64,000 nt of DNA, from the IMG/VR virus record IMGVR_UViG_3300048587_000983, one strand, 5' to 3'. Below the pieces are notes generated by a model. The model ran no database searches, was not told where the DNA came from, and worked only from the letters and a program-made list of their open reading frames with translations. The stretch is from a virus. Below are positions 26,736 to 36,746 of the stretch, piece after piece (the first letter of the stretch is position 1; each line of letters starts with the position of its first letter). The translations under genes were made by a program, and so were the position numbers.

Positions 26736-26879
26736 ATGTTGAAAGATTTTAGCGTCAAGTCCGGTATTATCGGTGGTGCAGTTGTCGGCGCTGTGTGGCT
26801 CGGTGTTTGGGGCTTTAAGAAGGTCTTCAAAGGATCGAGTGACAGCACAGATAATAAAGCGGACAAAAAAGCCGCCTGA
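26736..26879 (+). CDS. Small membrane peptide (47 aa), not in the ORF track
   Basis: SD AAGGAG; GIIGGAVVGAVWLGVWGF. Confidence 0.6.
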   Translation: MLKDFSVKSGIIGGAVVGAVWLGVWGFKKVFKGSSDSTDNKADKKAA

Positions 26880-27059
26880 CGTCAGGGGCGCCGACGGGCG
26901 CCTCATTTCCTTTTTTTATCGTGGAGACTCGAATGACACAAAATTCACCTGACTCAGGCACTGAGATTGCAATGCTTGAAGCGCGCGTAAAACGCTCGCT
27001 TTTTTTTAGGTATCAGTCCAATGTAGGAAAAATCATCTAAATACCATGTGGGGCGATTT

Positions 27060-28139
27060 ATGCGGGTTGAACTGCCGCGGCCAATCTTCAAGGCCGCCAT
27101 TGAACGGCTATCGGTTTTGAATGCAGGCGGGAAGGTCAAGGTGGACGCCTTTGCTCATATCAGGCTGGAGGCCAGCCCCTCAGGCCTCAGGCTCTCGACC
27201 TTTAACCGCGTGATGCAGGCGGAGCTGAATATCACAGAGGTGCGTATGGAGGGGGGCCTCGTCTGCGGCCTTCCCATGGAAAAGCTCCGCGACCTTTCAT
27301 CGACCCTTCCGGAAGCGGACCTTGTCACGCTCGATTTCGACGGTACGGGTTGCACGATCTACTGCGGCCCCGTGAAGTTCCGCATAAAGGTCCTGGTGGA
27401 GGATGCCTTCCCCCCTACCGCCCATTCGGAATTCGACTACACCCCTATCAACCTCGGCTTTCTTTTCCATTCGATCGGCCTTGTCTCGCACTGCGTCGAT
27501 CCGTCAAACCATAGGACGTTTGCACATGGGATCATCATCACCCCGGAGTCCATCGTTGGGACGGACGGTATGAGGCTCGCTAAAGTGCGGGACGAATGGA
27601 TCAAACCGGCAAAGACCATAGCGATGACCATGGAGACCGTCACGAGGCTCCAGAAGCTTTTTAAGGGCTACCAGGAGGGCGGCATTATGCTGCGCCAGGG
27701 CGAGATCGTCATGGCCGGTGGCGGCATCACGGCTGTCACAAAACTCGCCGCGTGGCCGATCCCGGGGGTGGAGTCGGCTTTTCCCAAAGGCCAGGCCGTC
27801 AAGGTTACCTACGGGAAGGCGGAGCTCTGCCAGGCGCTGGAGCGGGCGCTCATCATTGCGAGCGAGCTCGGCCCGCAGACAAGCCTTCACTTTGGAGAGG
27901 GTGGGCTTAGGCTTGAGACCGAGGAGGACGGGCAGCTCGCCGAGGACTTTCTTGCCGGCGATCGGGCGCCCCCCATGAGCCTTGTCATCAACCCCAACTT
28001 TCTTCTCGATGCCGTTGAGTCGATCGAGGGCGATAAGGTTGTCTTTGAACTTCGGGGGCCAGAAACCCCCCTCGCAATCACGAGTGAAGCAGGAGACCAT
28101 GTAAATGTCATCATGCCTTGGCAGTGCTCTAAACGCTGA
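27060..28139 (+). CDS. dnaN: DNA polymerase III beta sliding clamp
   Basis: About 360 aa; GTDGMRLA, INPNFLLDAVESIEGDKVVFELRGPETP, terminal VIMP. Confidence 0.88.
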   Translation: MRVELPRPIFKAAIERLSVLNAGGKVKVDAFAHIRLEASPSGLRLSTFNRVMQAELNITEVRMEGGLVCGLPMEKLRDLSSTLPEADLVTLDFDGTGCTIYCGPVKFRIKVLVEDAFPPTAHSEFDYTPINLGFLFHSIGLVSHCVDPSNHRTFAHGIIITPESIVGTDGMRLAKVRDEWIKPAKTIAMTMETVTRLQKLFKGYQEGGIMLRQGEIVMAGGGITAVTKLAAWPIPGVESAFPKGQAVKVTYGKAELCQALERALIIASELGPQTSLHFGEGGLRLETEEDGQLAEDFLAGDRAPPMSLVINPNFLLDAVESIEGDKVVFELRGPETPLAITSEAGDHVNVIMPWQCSKR

Positions 28140-28152
28140 AGAAAAAGAGCGG

Positions 28153-28389
28153 ATGCGGGAGATCAGGGAACAGCAGTTGCGCGAAGAGTTCAGGAACGCT
28201 ATTGTGAGGGATCTGCTGACACTTTATACGACTCCTTCTGCGGTCCATGGCGAAAACCCCGTGGACGCGCTTTTGGAGAACATGGATCGTGTGCTTGATA
28301 TCGATAGAAAGCGCATTTTTATATCCGTACTCAAGGACGCAATACCCATTCTGGAGGCCGCCAGCGATGCGCAAAGTGGGAATAGTTGA
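28153..28389 (+). CDS. Hypothetical protein
   Basis: Operon context; start uncertain. Confidence 0.55.
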   Translation: MREIREQQLREEFRNAIVRDLLTLYTTPSAVHGENPVDALLENMDRVLDIDRKRIFISVLKDAIPILEAASDAQSGNS

Positions 28390-28942
28390 CTACCGCCCCG
28401 ACCATACCGTCAAATCCATGGAGCCTGTTCGGGCCTCCGCCGGTGCCGCGGGCTGGGATCTTTACACCGCCGAGGATGTAACGCTGGAGCCTTACCGGGC
28501 GATCCTCGTGCCGACGGGGATTAAAGCCGCGCTTCCTCAGGGGACTGTGCTTCTGATTCTCCCTCGCTCGGGGTTTTCCCTCAAAAATCAGATCATCATG
28601 CCCAACAGCATGGGCGTGATTGATGAAGACTACCGCGGGGGCATAGGCATCACAATGATGTGGGCGCCCCCTCTCGACGCCCTCTTTGAGACCTCGGTGG
28701 AAGAGAAAAGCGAGGACTTTGTTGTGTCAGGCGGTGCGGTTTATGCGAAGACGGTGCCGCCTTTTTTCATCCCAAAATTTACACGCATAGCTCAGGCGCT
28801 CTTGCTGCCGTACTATGAGCAGGATTGGAGGAGGGTCGATGAACTCCCGGAAACCGCACGAGGAACAGGCGGATTTGGACACACTGGCCTTGGAACCGAA
28901 CATGCCGGGCCCGCTGGCGATAGGGACAAGGTGTCCCAATGA
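28367..28942 (+). CDS. dut: Trimeric dUTPase
   Basis: AGWDL, PRSG, GVIDEDYRG, RIAQ, RGTGGFGHTG motifs. Confidence 0.92.
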   Translation: MRKVGIVDYRPDHTVKSMEPVRASAGAAGWDLYTAEDVTLEPYRAILVPTGIKAALPQGTVLLILPRSGFSLKNQIIMPNSMGVIDEDYRGGIGITMMWAPPLDALFETSVEEKSEDFVVSGGAVYAKTVPPFFIPKFTRIAQALLLPYYEQDWRRVDELPETARGTGGFGHTGLGTEHAGPAGDRDKVSQ

Positions 28943-29046
28943 TCCAAACGAGATCCTTCTCGATGACGAGGAGGCTTCGGCGATTGTGGGCGACGACGAT
29001 TTCATGTCGATAATCAACGAAGACAAGGGCGATGAGGAGCTGGACG

Positions 29047-29367
29047 ATGAGCAATAAGACACTCGGCGACGCATACGTGGAAGCGGCAACGGTCATTAAC
29101 GGTGCATACCAGCGTTTTCAGTACGGCTTCGGCGGGCAGATCGAAGTCCTAATGACCCTTCTTGAAAAACAGCATTATCAGGCGGCGGCGGACATCATGC
29201 CTCTTATTCAGCGCGAAAAGGTGGGGTTTGAAGCGATCCTTCTTGAGGCGCATTCGTCCTTTTTGAATAGAGCCGAGCACCTTAGAATTGTGGCCATGTC
29301 CGAAGAGGCCGCGGAGATCCCTCCTGTGGGTCAGCCCGAGCCGGGCGCGCTCGAAGCTGCAGGCTGA
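29047..29367 (+). CDS. Hypothetical protein
   Basis: SD GAGGAG. Confidence 0.65.
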   Translation: MSNKTLGDAYVEAATVINGAYQRFQYGFGGQIEVLMTLLEKQHYQAAADIMPLIQREKVGFEAILLEAHSSFLNRAEHLRIVAMSEEAAEIPPVGQPEPGALEAAG

Positions 29368-29399
29368 CAAAGTTTTCATCGGATGCCGGCTCAAATTAA

Positions 29400-29415
29400 G
29401 GTATAAGGTTTGAAG
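29400..29415 (+). promoter_or_regulatory. GGTATAAG promoter-like motif
   Basis: GGTATAAG GTTTGAAG, intergenic. Confidence 0.55.
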
Positions 29416-29446
29416 AAACCCAACTTAATTTTCTGAGAGTACGCCG

Positions 29447-30637
29447 ATGAAGCTCAACTTCGGGCCCTACAGCCCATCGCGCCTTGACCGGGCTGTATGC
29501 CGCTATGCTTTCGGTCGCCAGTATATCGACAAAGACCCTTCGGTGCGTGAAGTCGAATCTCTCCCGCAGGCCCGCGGCTCTGCTGTTCACGAGGTCCTCG
29601 GTCATCTGACTGAAGAGATGCTGAAGGAAAAGAAAACATTCAAAGACGAGGAGATCCGATCTCTCGTTGCGAAATCGATCACGGCTCACCCGGCCGCAGT
29701 GCAGGAGACGCGCGAGATTTTCAAGATGGCGCGAGCCTACCTTTTTAACCCGCCGAACCCGCTCCATTCCGATGCTGTTGTCGAACAGGCGCTTGCCGTT
29801 AAAATGGTGGGGGGCAGCTTTCAAAAGTGCGACTACGATGACCCTGAAGCGTTCGCGCGGGGCCGCATCGATATCATGATGACAGCCGACGGCGACCCCA
29901 CAAAGGCGATTGTCTACGATCATAAGACCCAGCCCAACATGGAAGACGCCGACACTTTCCAGCTTGGCTTCTATGCCTGGCTTGTTTTTAAAACCGACCT
30001 GTTTGTGGACGAAGTACAGACCGTTCTTCACTTTGCACGCTACGGAAAATACTCAAAACCCTACGTCTGGCGACGCGAGGAGCTTACCGAGATCGAGGAC
30101 GAGATCCTGACAAGAATCGAGGTCAACGAGTCGCGCACAGACAGGACCGCGACCCCGAATAAGCACTGTCAATACTGCCCTTATATGGCGGAGTGTCCGG
30201 CACTTGCACCTTACGTTGAGTATGATAGCGAGGGGCGGTTAAAGCCCAAGAAAGGTGTGATTAAGATCCTCGGCAATACGGATAAGGCTGTGGGTATCCT
30301 CGGCGCCCTTTACGTACTCGAAAACCTCTCGAAAGAGATGAAAAAAGAGCTGCGGGCGCACGTTGAGGCTTCCGAGTCGCCTGTCGCCATACCGGGGGTT
30401 GTCTTTGGGCCTGAAGTGAAAGCGGACGAGATAGACGTCGACCATCTCAACAAGCACCAGAGACGGGAGGTCTTTGAGATTTTCGAGAAGCACAAGGTCG
30501 ATGTCAGGCATTTTATGGTCTTCAGCGCACCGGTTCTGAGAAAGCTTTGGCAAGCGGAGAATCCGAGGCTCCTGGCGGAACTGAGTGCCGTTCTTAAGCG
30601 CCAGTCTTCCACGGAATTCCGGATGAGAAAGTGCTGA
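29447..30637 (+). CDS. PD-(D/E)XK RecB/Cas4-like nuclease
   Basis: YSPSRL..AVC, RGSAVHEVL, GRIDI, YDHKT, QLGFYA, HCQYCPYMAEC (possible Fe-S cluster). Confidence 0.85.
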   Translation: MKLNFGPYSPSRLDRAVCRYAFGRQYIDKDPSVREVESLPQARGSAVHEVLGHLTEEMLKEKKTFKDEEIRSLVAKSITAHPAAVQETREIFKMARAYLFNPPNPLHSDAVVEQALAVKMVGGSFQKCDYDDPEAFARGRIDIMMTADGDPTKAIVYDHKTQPNMEDADTFQLGFYAWLVFKTDLFVDEVQTVLHFARYGKYSKPYVWRREELTEIEDEILTRIEVNESRTDRTATPNKHCQYCPYMAECPALAPYVEYDSEGRLKPKKGVIKILGNTDKAVGILGALYVLENLSKEMKKELRAHVEASESPVAIPGVVFGPEVKADEIDVDHLNKHQRREVFEIFEKHKVDVRHFMVFSAPVLRKLWQAENPRLLAELSAVLKRQSSTEFRMRKC

Positions 30638-30729
30638 CACCATCCGCTCGGGTCCGCAAAAAATCGTAGCCTTTTCCTGCTGAAAATACGATACTCCTTG
30701 CATTACAACCAAGGAAAATAGGTGAGACT

Positions 30730-31182
30730 ATGGGCTGGCTCGATGAGGCCGAGTACGAGTTTCAATTCGAGTGCCCCGACGGGCACATTAGCAGTTGGAA
30801 GGAAAAGTCCTGCGACAAGGAGCCGCGCGCGTGCCTTGTCTGTGAGAAGACGGCTGAGTACAAGCGCTTTGTTGCTGAGCCGCTTCTTCTTCGCGGGAAG
30901 GTCGCCTATGAGCATAACGGGCGGCTTGGCTACCGCATCACTGACGGTAAGGGCGGCGTTCGCCATACCTCGGCGACCAAGGAGCACTACCTTGAGACGG
31001 GCGACATCAAACCCGCCTACACCCCTGCCTACAGGGATCAGCTTGTGAAATCCGGCCAGATTGATAAGCTGATCCCGTACAGTCGGCAGGAAATCATCGA
31101 CGAACGGAACAAGGCCCAAAAGGCCAAGGTCTCTGTTTTGAAGGGGAAGGATCCTGCAAAAAATAAGGAGAAAGCCTCGTGA
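30730..31182 (+). CDS. FmdB-like zinc-ribbon protein
   Basis: YEFQFECPDGH...CLVC. Confidence 0.65.
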   Translation: MGWLDEAEYEFQFECPDGHISSWKEKSCDKEPRACLVCEKTAEYKRFVAEPLLLRGKVAYEHNGRLGYRITDGKGGVRHTSATKEHYLETGDIKPAYTPAYRDQLVKSGQIDKLIPYSRQEIIDERNKAQKAKVSVLKGKDPAKNKEKAS

Positions 31183-31556
31183 GATTTAAAGGCGTCGTAA
31201 CGAAAAAAGGCAAGAGCCGCGGGGACGTCATCGAGTATAGCCCCGAGGAAAAGATTCGCGTGGGCCTCGGGCTGGCGTTGATCCAGCACGGGCCACTTCA
31301 GGAGTATGTCGTCCACCCGGCAAAGGTCGAAATCAGAGGCCTTGAGGTTTCCGAGAAGGGCGCTCTTTTGAAAAAGCTCTGGAAAAACAATTCCTACACG
31401 GCCTGGGGCCGGGTTGAGGTTTCACGCCGCCACAAGGCAAGAGATCGCATCCTGCGCCCGGAGACGTTCGACTTTTCCGTGCAAATAGACGATTGTCTTT
31501 GCCACAACGGACTTCCCGAGCTTAAGGTCGTGAACTTTGAATTGACTCCTGTCTGA
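31179..31556 (+). CDS. Hypothetical protein
   Basis: GTG start; SD AAGGAG. Confidence 0.65.
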   Translation: MRFKGVVTKKGKSRGDVIEYSPEEKIRVGLGLALIQHGPLQEYVVHPAKVEIRGLEVSEKGALLKKLWKNNSYTAWGRVEVSRRHKARDRILRPETFDFSVQIDDCLCHNGLPELKVVNFELTPV

Positions 31557-31607
31557 GAGACAGTTCTCTGTCGAAAAGTTAACTTGTCTGATCAATCCCT
31601 GTCAGGG

Positions 31608-31637
31608 GCCGGCGCTTTTCAGCGGCCGGCTTTTTTT
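31608..31637 (+). terminator. Rho-independent terminator
   Basis: GCCGGC...GCCGGC followed by T7. Confidence 0.7.
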
Positions 31638-31660
31638 ACGTTAAAATCCCGCCTACATTT

Positions 31661-31680
31661 GGAATAAGACCTTTGAAATC
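31661..31680 (+). promoter_or_regulatory. Promoter-like motif variant
   Basis: GGAATAAG ACCTTTGAAA. Confidence 0.45.
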
Positions 31681-31981
31681 AACTACTTTAGGAGTAGACC
31701 GTGAAACCTCTTTTGTTCCGGGAGCGCAATGCCGTCGGCAGGATGGTCTCCTTGCGTGTCGGAAAGATCAGCTTTGATTCGGTCCGAAAGTCCGACGGCT
31801 TTTTCCTCATGCAGCTCGGCAGGCGCAGGACCTGGTTCGTCTGCCGGCTTGCAGCGCACGCGAAAAAACCGCCTCTTTTTCTTTTCAGGCGGACGTCTGT
31901 AATCAAATGGATGCTTGGCGATTTTATGCTGGGTTTTACGATGGAACCTATGACACTTGATGACTATTGGAGAGCCAAAGG

Positions 31982-33169
31982 ATGGTTGACTACCGATCGG
32001 AATACATCCACACCAACGATCAGCAGTGGTACGGGCGCAGGCGTCAAAGAAGGCCCCAGCATATTGAAAGGCTTATAAACGAGGGCTATCCCGGGCTTTT
32101 CGGCGACTATTTTGGGTACGACGACGATTGCGTAAATTTTATTCTGGAGCAGATGGAAAGAAACGGCATCCCTATCAATGACGGTACGGTTTCGGTTGCG
32201 AATTGTGGTGCCTACCAAGGCATTGGATTTGTAAGTTGGAGCGACCCTTACGTTCTTTTCACGAGGGGTCTTTCTGATGTGAAGATGGCAGACGACTGGC
32301 ACGAGTGTACCTACCAGATCCCTAAACAAATGCCCAACGGCAGAACCATGATGATCGAGCCGGATTTCGATGAGGTGGAGGCTTTTTCGCTCGATATCGC
32401 TCAGGGCGAATGGGCTTTCCGCGAGTTTCTGCGGCGTCCGTTTCTCGATCTTGAGCCAGCCCTCTACGGTTCCGGGCGCATCAAGGGCTATTCTAATGGA
32501 GAGCCCATCTATGAGGTAACGCCTCACGCACTCCATGATATTGCGGTGGGCCTTGCAGACTGGACCACAAGGGAACTTTATGAGTGCGGTTACGATGAGA
32601 TTCTGGGTGAGACGGAGTACCGTCTTTTGGAGCAAACCTGCTCTTATGTGCAGGAGGGTACGGGCAAGATCATCGTTGACTACGAACGCATCGATTTTCT
32701 TTGTATATTTGCCGCCTGGGCCTCCTTTGTATGGGTCCTCAGCCCAAGGAGTCGCAGGTGGCGTTGTGAGCAGAGCGGGATCATCCACGCCGTCCATGAG
32801 GAGGGCGAGGCGATCACGATCGGCATCACGGACGTCTTTGGCAGAAGCCAGTACCAAAAGTTCAGGCGTCCGGCTCAGAGCTGCTACCTGTGCGAAGTTG
32901 AAAGCTGGTGCCTTACAACGATCTTTGCCGAAAATACATGGCTCCATATCTGCAATGCCTGCGACAGCCGCGGTCTTCCCGTAAGGCCACCGGCCAACTG
33001 CGGGGCAAAGCTTTGCCGCATGCCTCAGTGCAAGCACCATCCGTTCTTCATCTTCCCGACCGAAAGAAGACTTCACGAGTCGTTAAGGAAAGACGGCCTT
33101 CTTACCGCAAAAACCGGCCAAAACCCACTTCTTGCTGCGCGCCAGGCCGAGCAGAAACTTCTCCAGTAA
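31982..33169 (+). CDS. Hypothetical protein with C-terminal Cys/His clusters
   Basis: About 395 aa; CYLC, CNAC, C...C...CKHHP. Confidence 0.75.
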   Translation: MVDYRSEYIHTNDQQWYGRRRQRRPQHIERLINEGYPGLFGDYFGYDDDCVNFILEQMERNGIPINDGTVSVANCGAYQGIGFVSWSDPYVLFTRGLSDVKMADDWHECTYQIPKQMPNGRTMMIEPDFDEVEAFSLDIAQGEWAFREFLRRPFLDLEPALYGSGRIKGYSNGEPIYEVTPHALHDIAVGLADWTTRELYECGYDEILGETEYRLLEQTCSYVQEGTGKIIVDYERIDFLCIFAAWASFVWVLSPRSRRWRCEQSGIIHAVHEEGEAITIGITDVFGRSQYQKFRRPAQSCYLCEVESWCLTTIFAENTWLHICNACDSRGLPVRPPANCGAKLCRMPQCKHHPFFIFPTERRLHESLRKDGLLTAKTGQNPLLAARQAEQKLLQ

Positions 33170-33234
33170 TTTCATAGGAAAGCCCCTTCGCCTCGTGGTA
33201 GTTTAGGCCTATATCCTGAGCAATGGGGTTTTCC

Positions 33235-33657
33235 ATGTCCGACACGAACAAGGTGTGGCTCAGCGGCGTTGCCGTGAGCCGCCCGTTTTTGTCCCGTCTT
33301 CCTGGCAAAGGCCTCCCCTTTTGCTGGTTCGAGCTTTTGGTCCGGGAGGACTACGTGAGCAAAGGGCAGCCGTCGAGCCGCGACATGCTCATCCGTGTCG
33401 AGGCTCTCGGCCAGCAGTCAGAGAAGGTCTTTGAAAAAGTCCACGAGGGGCAGCGCTATGAGGTCCACGGCTACCTGAGAAAGGGCGAGGACGGTGAAAT
33501 GCTCGTGAGAGCCTTCAACGTCCTTCCGGACCTTTCGGCCGAGGGTCGGGCCCACGAGGACGGTCTTCGAGCCGCCCTGGGCGTTTTGATGAAAAGCGTC
33601 GATGTAAAGTCGGCAGCCGAAAGCATTCGGCTTCTTTTTAACAATCCGAGGAGATGA
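33235..33657 (+). CDS. ssb: Single-stranded DNA-binding protein (OB fold)
   Basis: NKVWLSG....RP, GQRYEVHGYLR. Confidence 0.7.
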   Translation: MSDTNKVWLSGVAVSRPFLSRLPGKGLPFCWFELLVREDYVSKGQPSSRDMLIRVEALGQQSEKVFEKVHEGQRYEVHGYLRKGEDGEMLVRAFNVLPDLSAEGRAHEDGLRAALGVLMKSVDVKSAAESIRLLFNNPRR

Positions 33658-33661
33658 AGCC

Positions 33662-34345
33662 ATGGATATGGCTCGCCATATAGACCTTTACTACAAATCC
33701 CTTGTTGAAGACTCGTTTGAGGGGTTTGCGGCGTTTGTGGACGCGCAAACCTTCGGGCTGGACACGGCAAGGGATCTTGTCAAGGGCAGCGCACATGGAG
33801 CCTGCAAGGCTATTAACGAAAGAGACGAGAGGGCCTACTGGGAGGCTATTGCGCAGCATCAGGCGATTTGTCTTGAGCTTCATAGGAGGTTTACAACAGA
33901 CCTTCTCGAAAAAAACCCGCTCGACGCATCCAATGTTTTTGATTTCATCCAGGAGCACGGCTGGCGGCGATTTCGCTTTACCGACCGCATCCTTCACATG
34001 GAGATGCGGATAGGTGAGGAGGACTGGCTTGTGAGCATCGTAGCGAACTACCTTCCCCATACGCTTGAAAAGCTTAAGGGGTTTAGCGGAATCTCCGAGC
34101 GGCACGTGACTCTGGACGCCCTTGAGATGGAGCGCCTGTTACTGTACGGCAACCCCAGGACGATCCATCTCGTGCTCCAGGAAAAGCTTGAAGGTTTTGC
34201 GGACAGCCGACACATTGTCACGGGCGAAGAGCACAACCCCCGCTTTGTCAAGATCTCGCTAAAGAATACGAACTCAAGCCTCCACGTAAGTGACTGGATT
34301 CTCCCTCTTAGGAGTCAGTATGGCGACGGAAAACGACTTCAATAG
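33662..34345 (+). CDS. Hypothetical protein
   Basis: SD GGAG; 227 aa. Confidence 0.7.
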   Translation: MDMARHIDLYYKSLVEDSFEGFAAFVDAQTFGLDTARDLVKGSAHGACKAINERDERAYWEAIAQHQAICLELHRRFTTDLLEKNPLDASNVFDFIQEHGWRRFRFTDRILHMEMRIGEEDWLVSIVANYLPHTLEKLKGFSGISERHVTLDALEMERLLLYGNPRTIHLVLQEKLEGFADSRHIVTGEEHNPRFVKISLKNTNSSLHVSDWILPLRSQYGDGKRLQ

Positions 34346-34775
34346 CTACCTCTCCACTCACATCCGCCGTATGGGCAAGGCTTTCAAAGCCGTAAAGATC
34401 GCCGACAAGGTCAAGACGGGGATACCTGACTTTCTCGTGTTTCACGAGGGGCGGGCCGTCGCAATCGAGTGCAAGCACATAGCCGAGCTGCCTTCCGGCG
34501 AGCGTCTCGCTCTCAGACACCCGGTGTCGGGGCCGCAGAGGACCTTTCTCATCGCGCTCGGCTTTGCCGGCGTTCCGGGCTTTGTCGTAATTGCCTGCGC
34601 GGCGGACCGGACGATGACCATTGTCCCGGCGGCTTACGTGCCGCCGTCCGGCAACTGGACAAGAGAGGGGATTTTGGATGCTCGAAAGGCTTACGGCGTC
34701 TACCCTTACATGGAAGCTCAACGCATGATAAACGAGCTCTTTGAGGTAAAGGTGCCGTTAAGCCTTCCCGCGTAA
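34320..34775 (+). CDS. Holliday junction resolvase / VRR-NUC-like nuclease
   Basis: GIPDFLVFHEGRAVAIECK, Q..FL. Confidence 0.8.
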   Translation: MATENDFNSYLSTHIRRMGKAFKAVKIADKVKTGIPDFLVFHEGRAVAIECKHIAELPSGERLALRHPVSGPQRTFLIALGFAGVPGFVVIACAADRTMTIVPAAYVPPSGNWTREGILDARKAYGVYPYMEAQRMINELFEVKVPLSLPA

Positions 34776-34802
34776 AATTGGTGTTTTCACGGAGGACAAT
34801 CG

Positions 34803-35354
34803 TTGTCAAAATCAAAGAAGGGGATGTTACTCGACGAGTTTTTTGGAAAAGAGCATTCGAGTTCGTCCAGAAAGGCTTTGCTTCGAGAAATTTACGACAC
34901 GCCGAAAGAAGATGTGGAGCAGTTTTTCGAGGCCATCTCGCAAAACGTCTCCGAGGAACTTTTCCCGGGTGCCCCAAAGGAGTCGAGTCGCAAACTCATC
35001 TCGGGCAAGCCCGACGCCGTAAAAGGGCCGAAAAATCTCAGCCAGGAGGTTTCCGGCTTTGTCCGCATCTGGTCCGGCTGGCATGACGACGCCTTTGTCT
35101 GGCATATAGAGCCTGCCCAGATCCGGCGGCCATGGAAGGTTTCCGATCAGCACGTTATGTATGCCGTGGCACAAACCATGAATAAGGTCATCCCGAAACG
35201 CATCAAGGTCGATATCTGGAAGCCGCAGCGGGACTGGGAGATCAAGACCTTCACTTTCAAGGCGCAGGAGATTCGGCTCGAATGGTCGATCCAGGAGGAG
35301 GACCTTCAGCGGCTGACACGGTTGCTCTTTGAGGTGCTTGCGCCAATGGTGTAG
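34803..35354 (+). CDS. Hypothetical protein
   Basis: SD GGAGGA; TTG start. Confidence 0.7.
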   Translation: MSKSKKGMLLDEFFGKEHSSSSRKALLREIYDTPKEDVEQFFEAISQNVSEELFPGAPKESSRKLISGKPDAVKGPKNLSQEVSGFVRIWSGWHDDAFVWHIEPAQIRRPWKVSDQHVMYAVAQTMNKVIPKRIKVDIWKPQRDWEIKTFTFKAQEIRLEWSIQEEDLQRLTRLLFEVLAPMV

Positions 35355-35355
35355 C

Positions 35356-35580
35356 ATGCTTCGATTTTTTTTAGTTCTCCCTCTGCTCCTTGCTGCCTGC
35401 AGTCACGCGTCGAGAGTCGATCGCCTCGAAAAAGAGGTGCGCTCTCTTAGGCTGCGACTCTCCGAACTCGAAACTGAATGGGCGCTTTACGATGCGACTC
35501 CTGGCAGAGAGCCCGACCCCCGGACCAAAGAGGGTCGTGAGCGCGCCGGACAAAAAAATGAGCGGAGAGCAAAAAGATGA
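35356..35580 (+). CDS. Small lipoprotein
   Basis: MLRFFLVLPLLLAAC lipobox, then coiled coil. Confidence 0.65.
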   Translation: MLRFFLVLPLLLAACSHASRVDRLEKEVRSLRLRLSELETEWALYDATPGREPDPRTKEGRERAGQKNERRAKR

Positions 35581-35777
35581 GTACAAATATTTCCAGTTGG
35601 AGTAGAAAAGACCTCGCCTCGTCAGGCGGCGGCGCTGAAGTCGGAAAAGCCCGTCAGTATTGGGTTTGGGGTGAATCCGGCAGGGGTTTATCCTTATTCC
35701 CGAACTCACAGAATGAAGGTCTCTTTGACTTTCGGTCATATAACCGGGAGCTTTCGGGGCAGGGCGGGGGCCCATGA
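35577..35777 (+). CDS. Hypothetical protein
   Basis: ATGA overlaps at both ends. Confidence 0.55.
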   Translation: MSTNISSWSRKDLASSGGGAEVGKARQYWVWGESGRGLSLFPNSQNEGLFDFRSYNRELSGQGGGP

Positions 35778-36043
35778 GGGGCGACGAAGGCGATCTGTCA
35801 GAGAAATCCCCCCGGCTGAGCGTCTTTCTCCTCCGCTCGCGCCTGCCGCCGAGGGAGGATCTGGAAAGACTGGCATCATATCTGCAAAAGGATTACCTGC
35901 GGCAGATAAACGACCCCGACAAGGTTCTTGGTATTCTTGCCGAAACGAGAGCTATGCTTTTGAGTATGGCAAAGGCTCTTGAGGGCTATGATTCCGTATT
36001 AGGAGGGATGGAGAATGATCACCCAAAGACGCAGAAGCCGTAG
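35774..36043 (+). CDS. Hypothetical protein
   Basis: ATGA overlap. Confidence 0.6.
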   Translation: MRGDEGDLSEKSPRLSVFLLRSRLPPREDLERLASYLQKDYLRQINDPDKVLGILAETRAMLLSMAKALEGYDSVLGGMENDHPKTQKP

Positions 36044-36380
36044 GTGCCTCTCGGAGAACCGGGACATTGCCATAGAATGTCTCTCCTGCCAAAAGACTTT
36101 CTATGCGGTCGTGCCGCTCCTTTCCCACATCTGCCCGGACTGCCAACTGCAGCGTCCGAAGCGGCCGGAAAGATCGAAGTTTTCAGTCACCGAAGCCTTC
36201 GAGGGGCGGAGGGTTTTTATCGTAAAAAAATTCATGGAGGTTGGCGGAAAGCCCTACTGGCAGCATTATCATGAGGCTGACGATATCGAAAACGCAAGGA
36301 CGGTAATCCCTGAGGGCGCGCGGCGCTATAGCAAGGGGATCCTTGACCCGTCGGATGTCGTCGAAACCTGGATAGGCTGA
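36015..36380 (+). CDS. Zn-finger protein
   Basis: CLSC...CPDC; SD GGAG. Confidence 0.65.
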   Translation: MITQRRRSRRCLSENRDIAIECLSCQKTFYAVVPLLSHICPDCQLQRPKRPERSKFSVTEAFEGRRVFIVKKFMEVGGKPYWQHYHEADDIENARTVIPEGARRYSKGILDPSDVVETWIG

Positions 36381-36388
36381 GGAAATCC

Positions 36389-36691
36389 ATGCTTTTTTTC
36401 AGAGGGCATCCCGTTCGGGTTCGCCAGGTCGTTGCCAATGCTGTGACCGCCGCCGGCATTCGGACTGGCTGGCAGAATATTCCCGTCCAGGACTCAGGCA
36501 GCCTTGAAATTGGCTTTTTCCAGATGAGGCCGGTGCACATCCATTTTGAAAGGCTCGGTGACACCCTCTGGCGAATTCAGGGCCCCGAGAACCCCTACCC
36601 GATCATTCACGGCTGGGCGCATGCCTACCCGTCCTGGCTAAGTCTTCTTCAGTCCGTCTCAGGGATCACGGTCCTAAATTCCGACGCATAG
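36389..36691 (+). CDS. Hypothetical protein
   Basis: SD GAGGA. Confidence 0.6.
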   Translation: MLFFRGHPVRVRQVVANAVTAAGIRTGWQNIPVQDSGSLEIGFFQMRPVHIHFERLGDTLWRIQGPENPYPIIHGWAHAYPSWLSLLQSVSGITVLNSDA

Positions 36692-36709
36692 GGTTTTCCT
36701 TGAGATCCC

Positions 36710-36730
36710 GGTATAAGGATCCGGGTGAAA
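36710..36730 (+). promoter_or_regulatory. GGTATAAG promoter-like motif
   Basis: GGTATAAG GATCCGGGTGAAA, intergenic. Confidence 0.55.
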
Positions 36731-36746
36731 TTTACCAAGGAGGACT

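Noticed and set aside
28095-28107. 13-nt match between the spacer at 2762-2774 (reverse complement) and the dnaN 3' end, as possible self-targeting
   Set aside because: About one 13-mer hit is expected by chance for 29 spacers against 128 kb of both strands, and the flanks do not extend.
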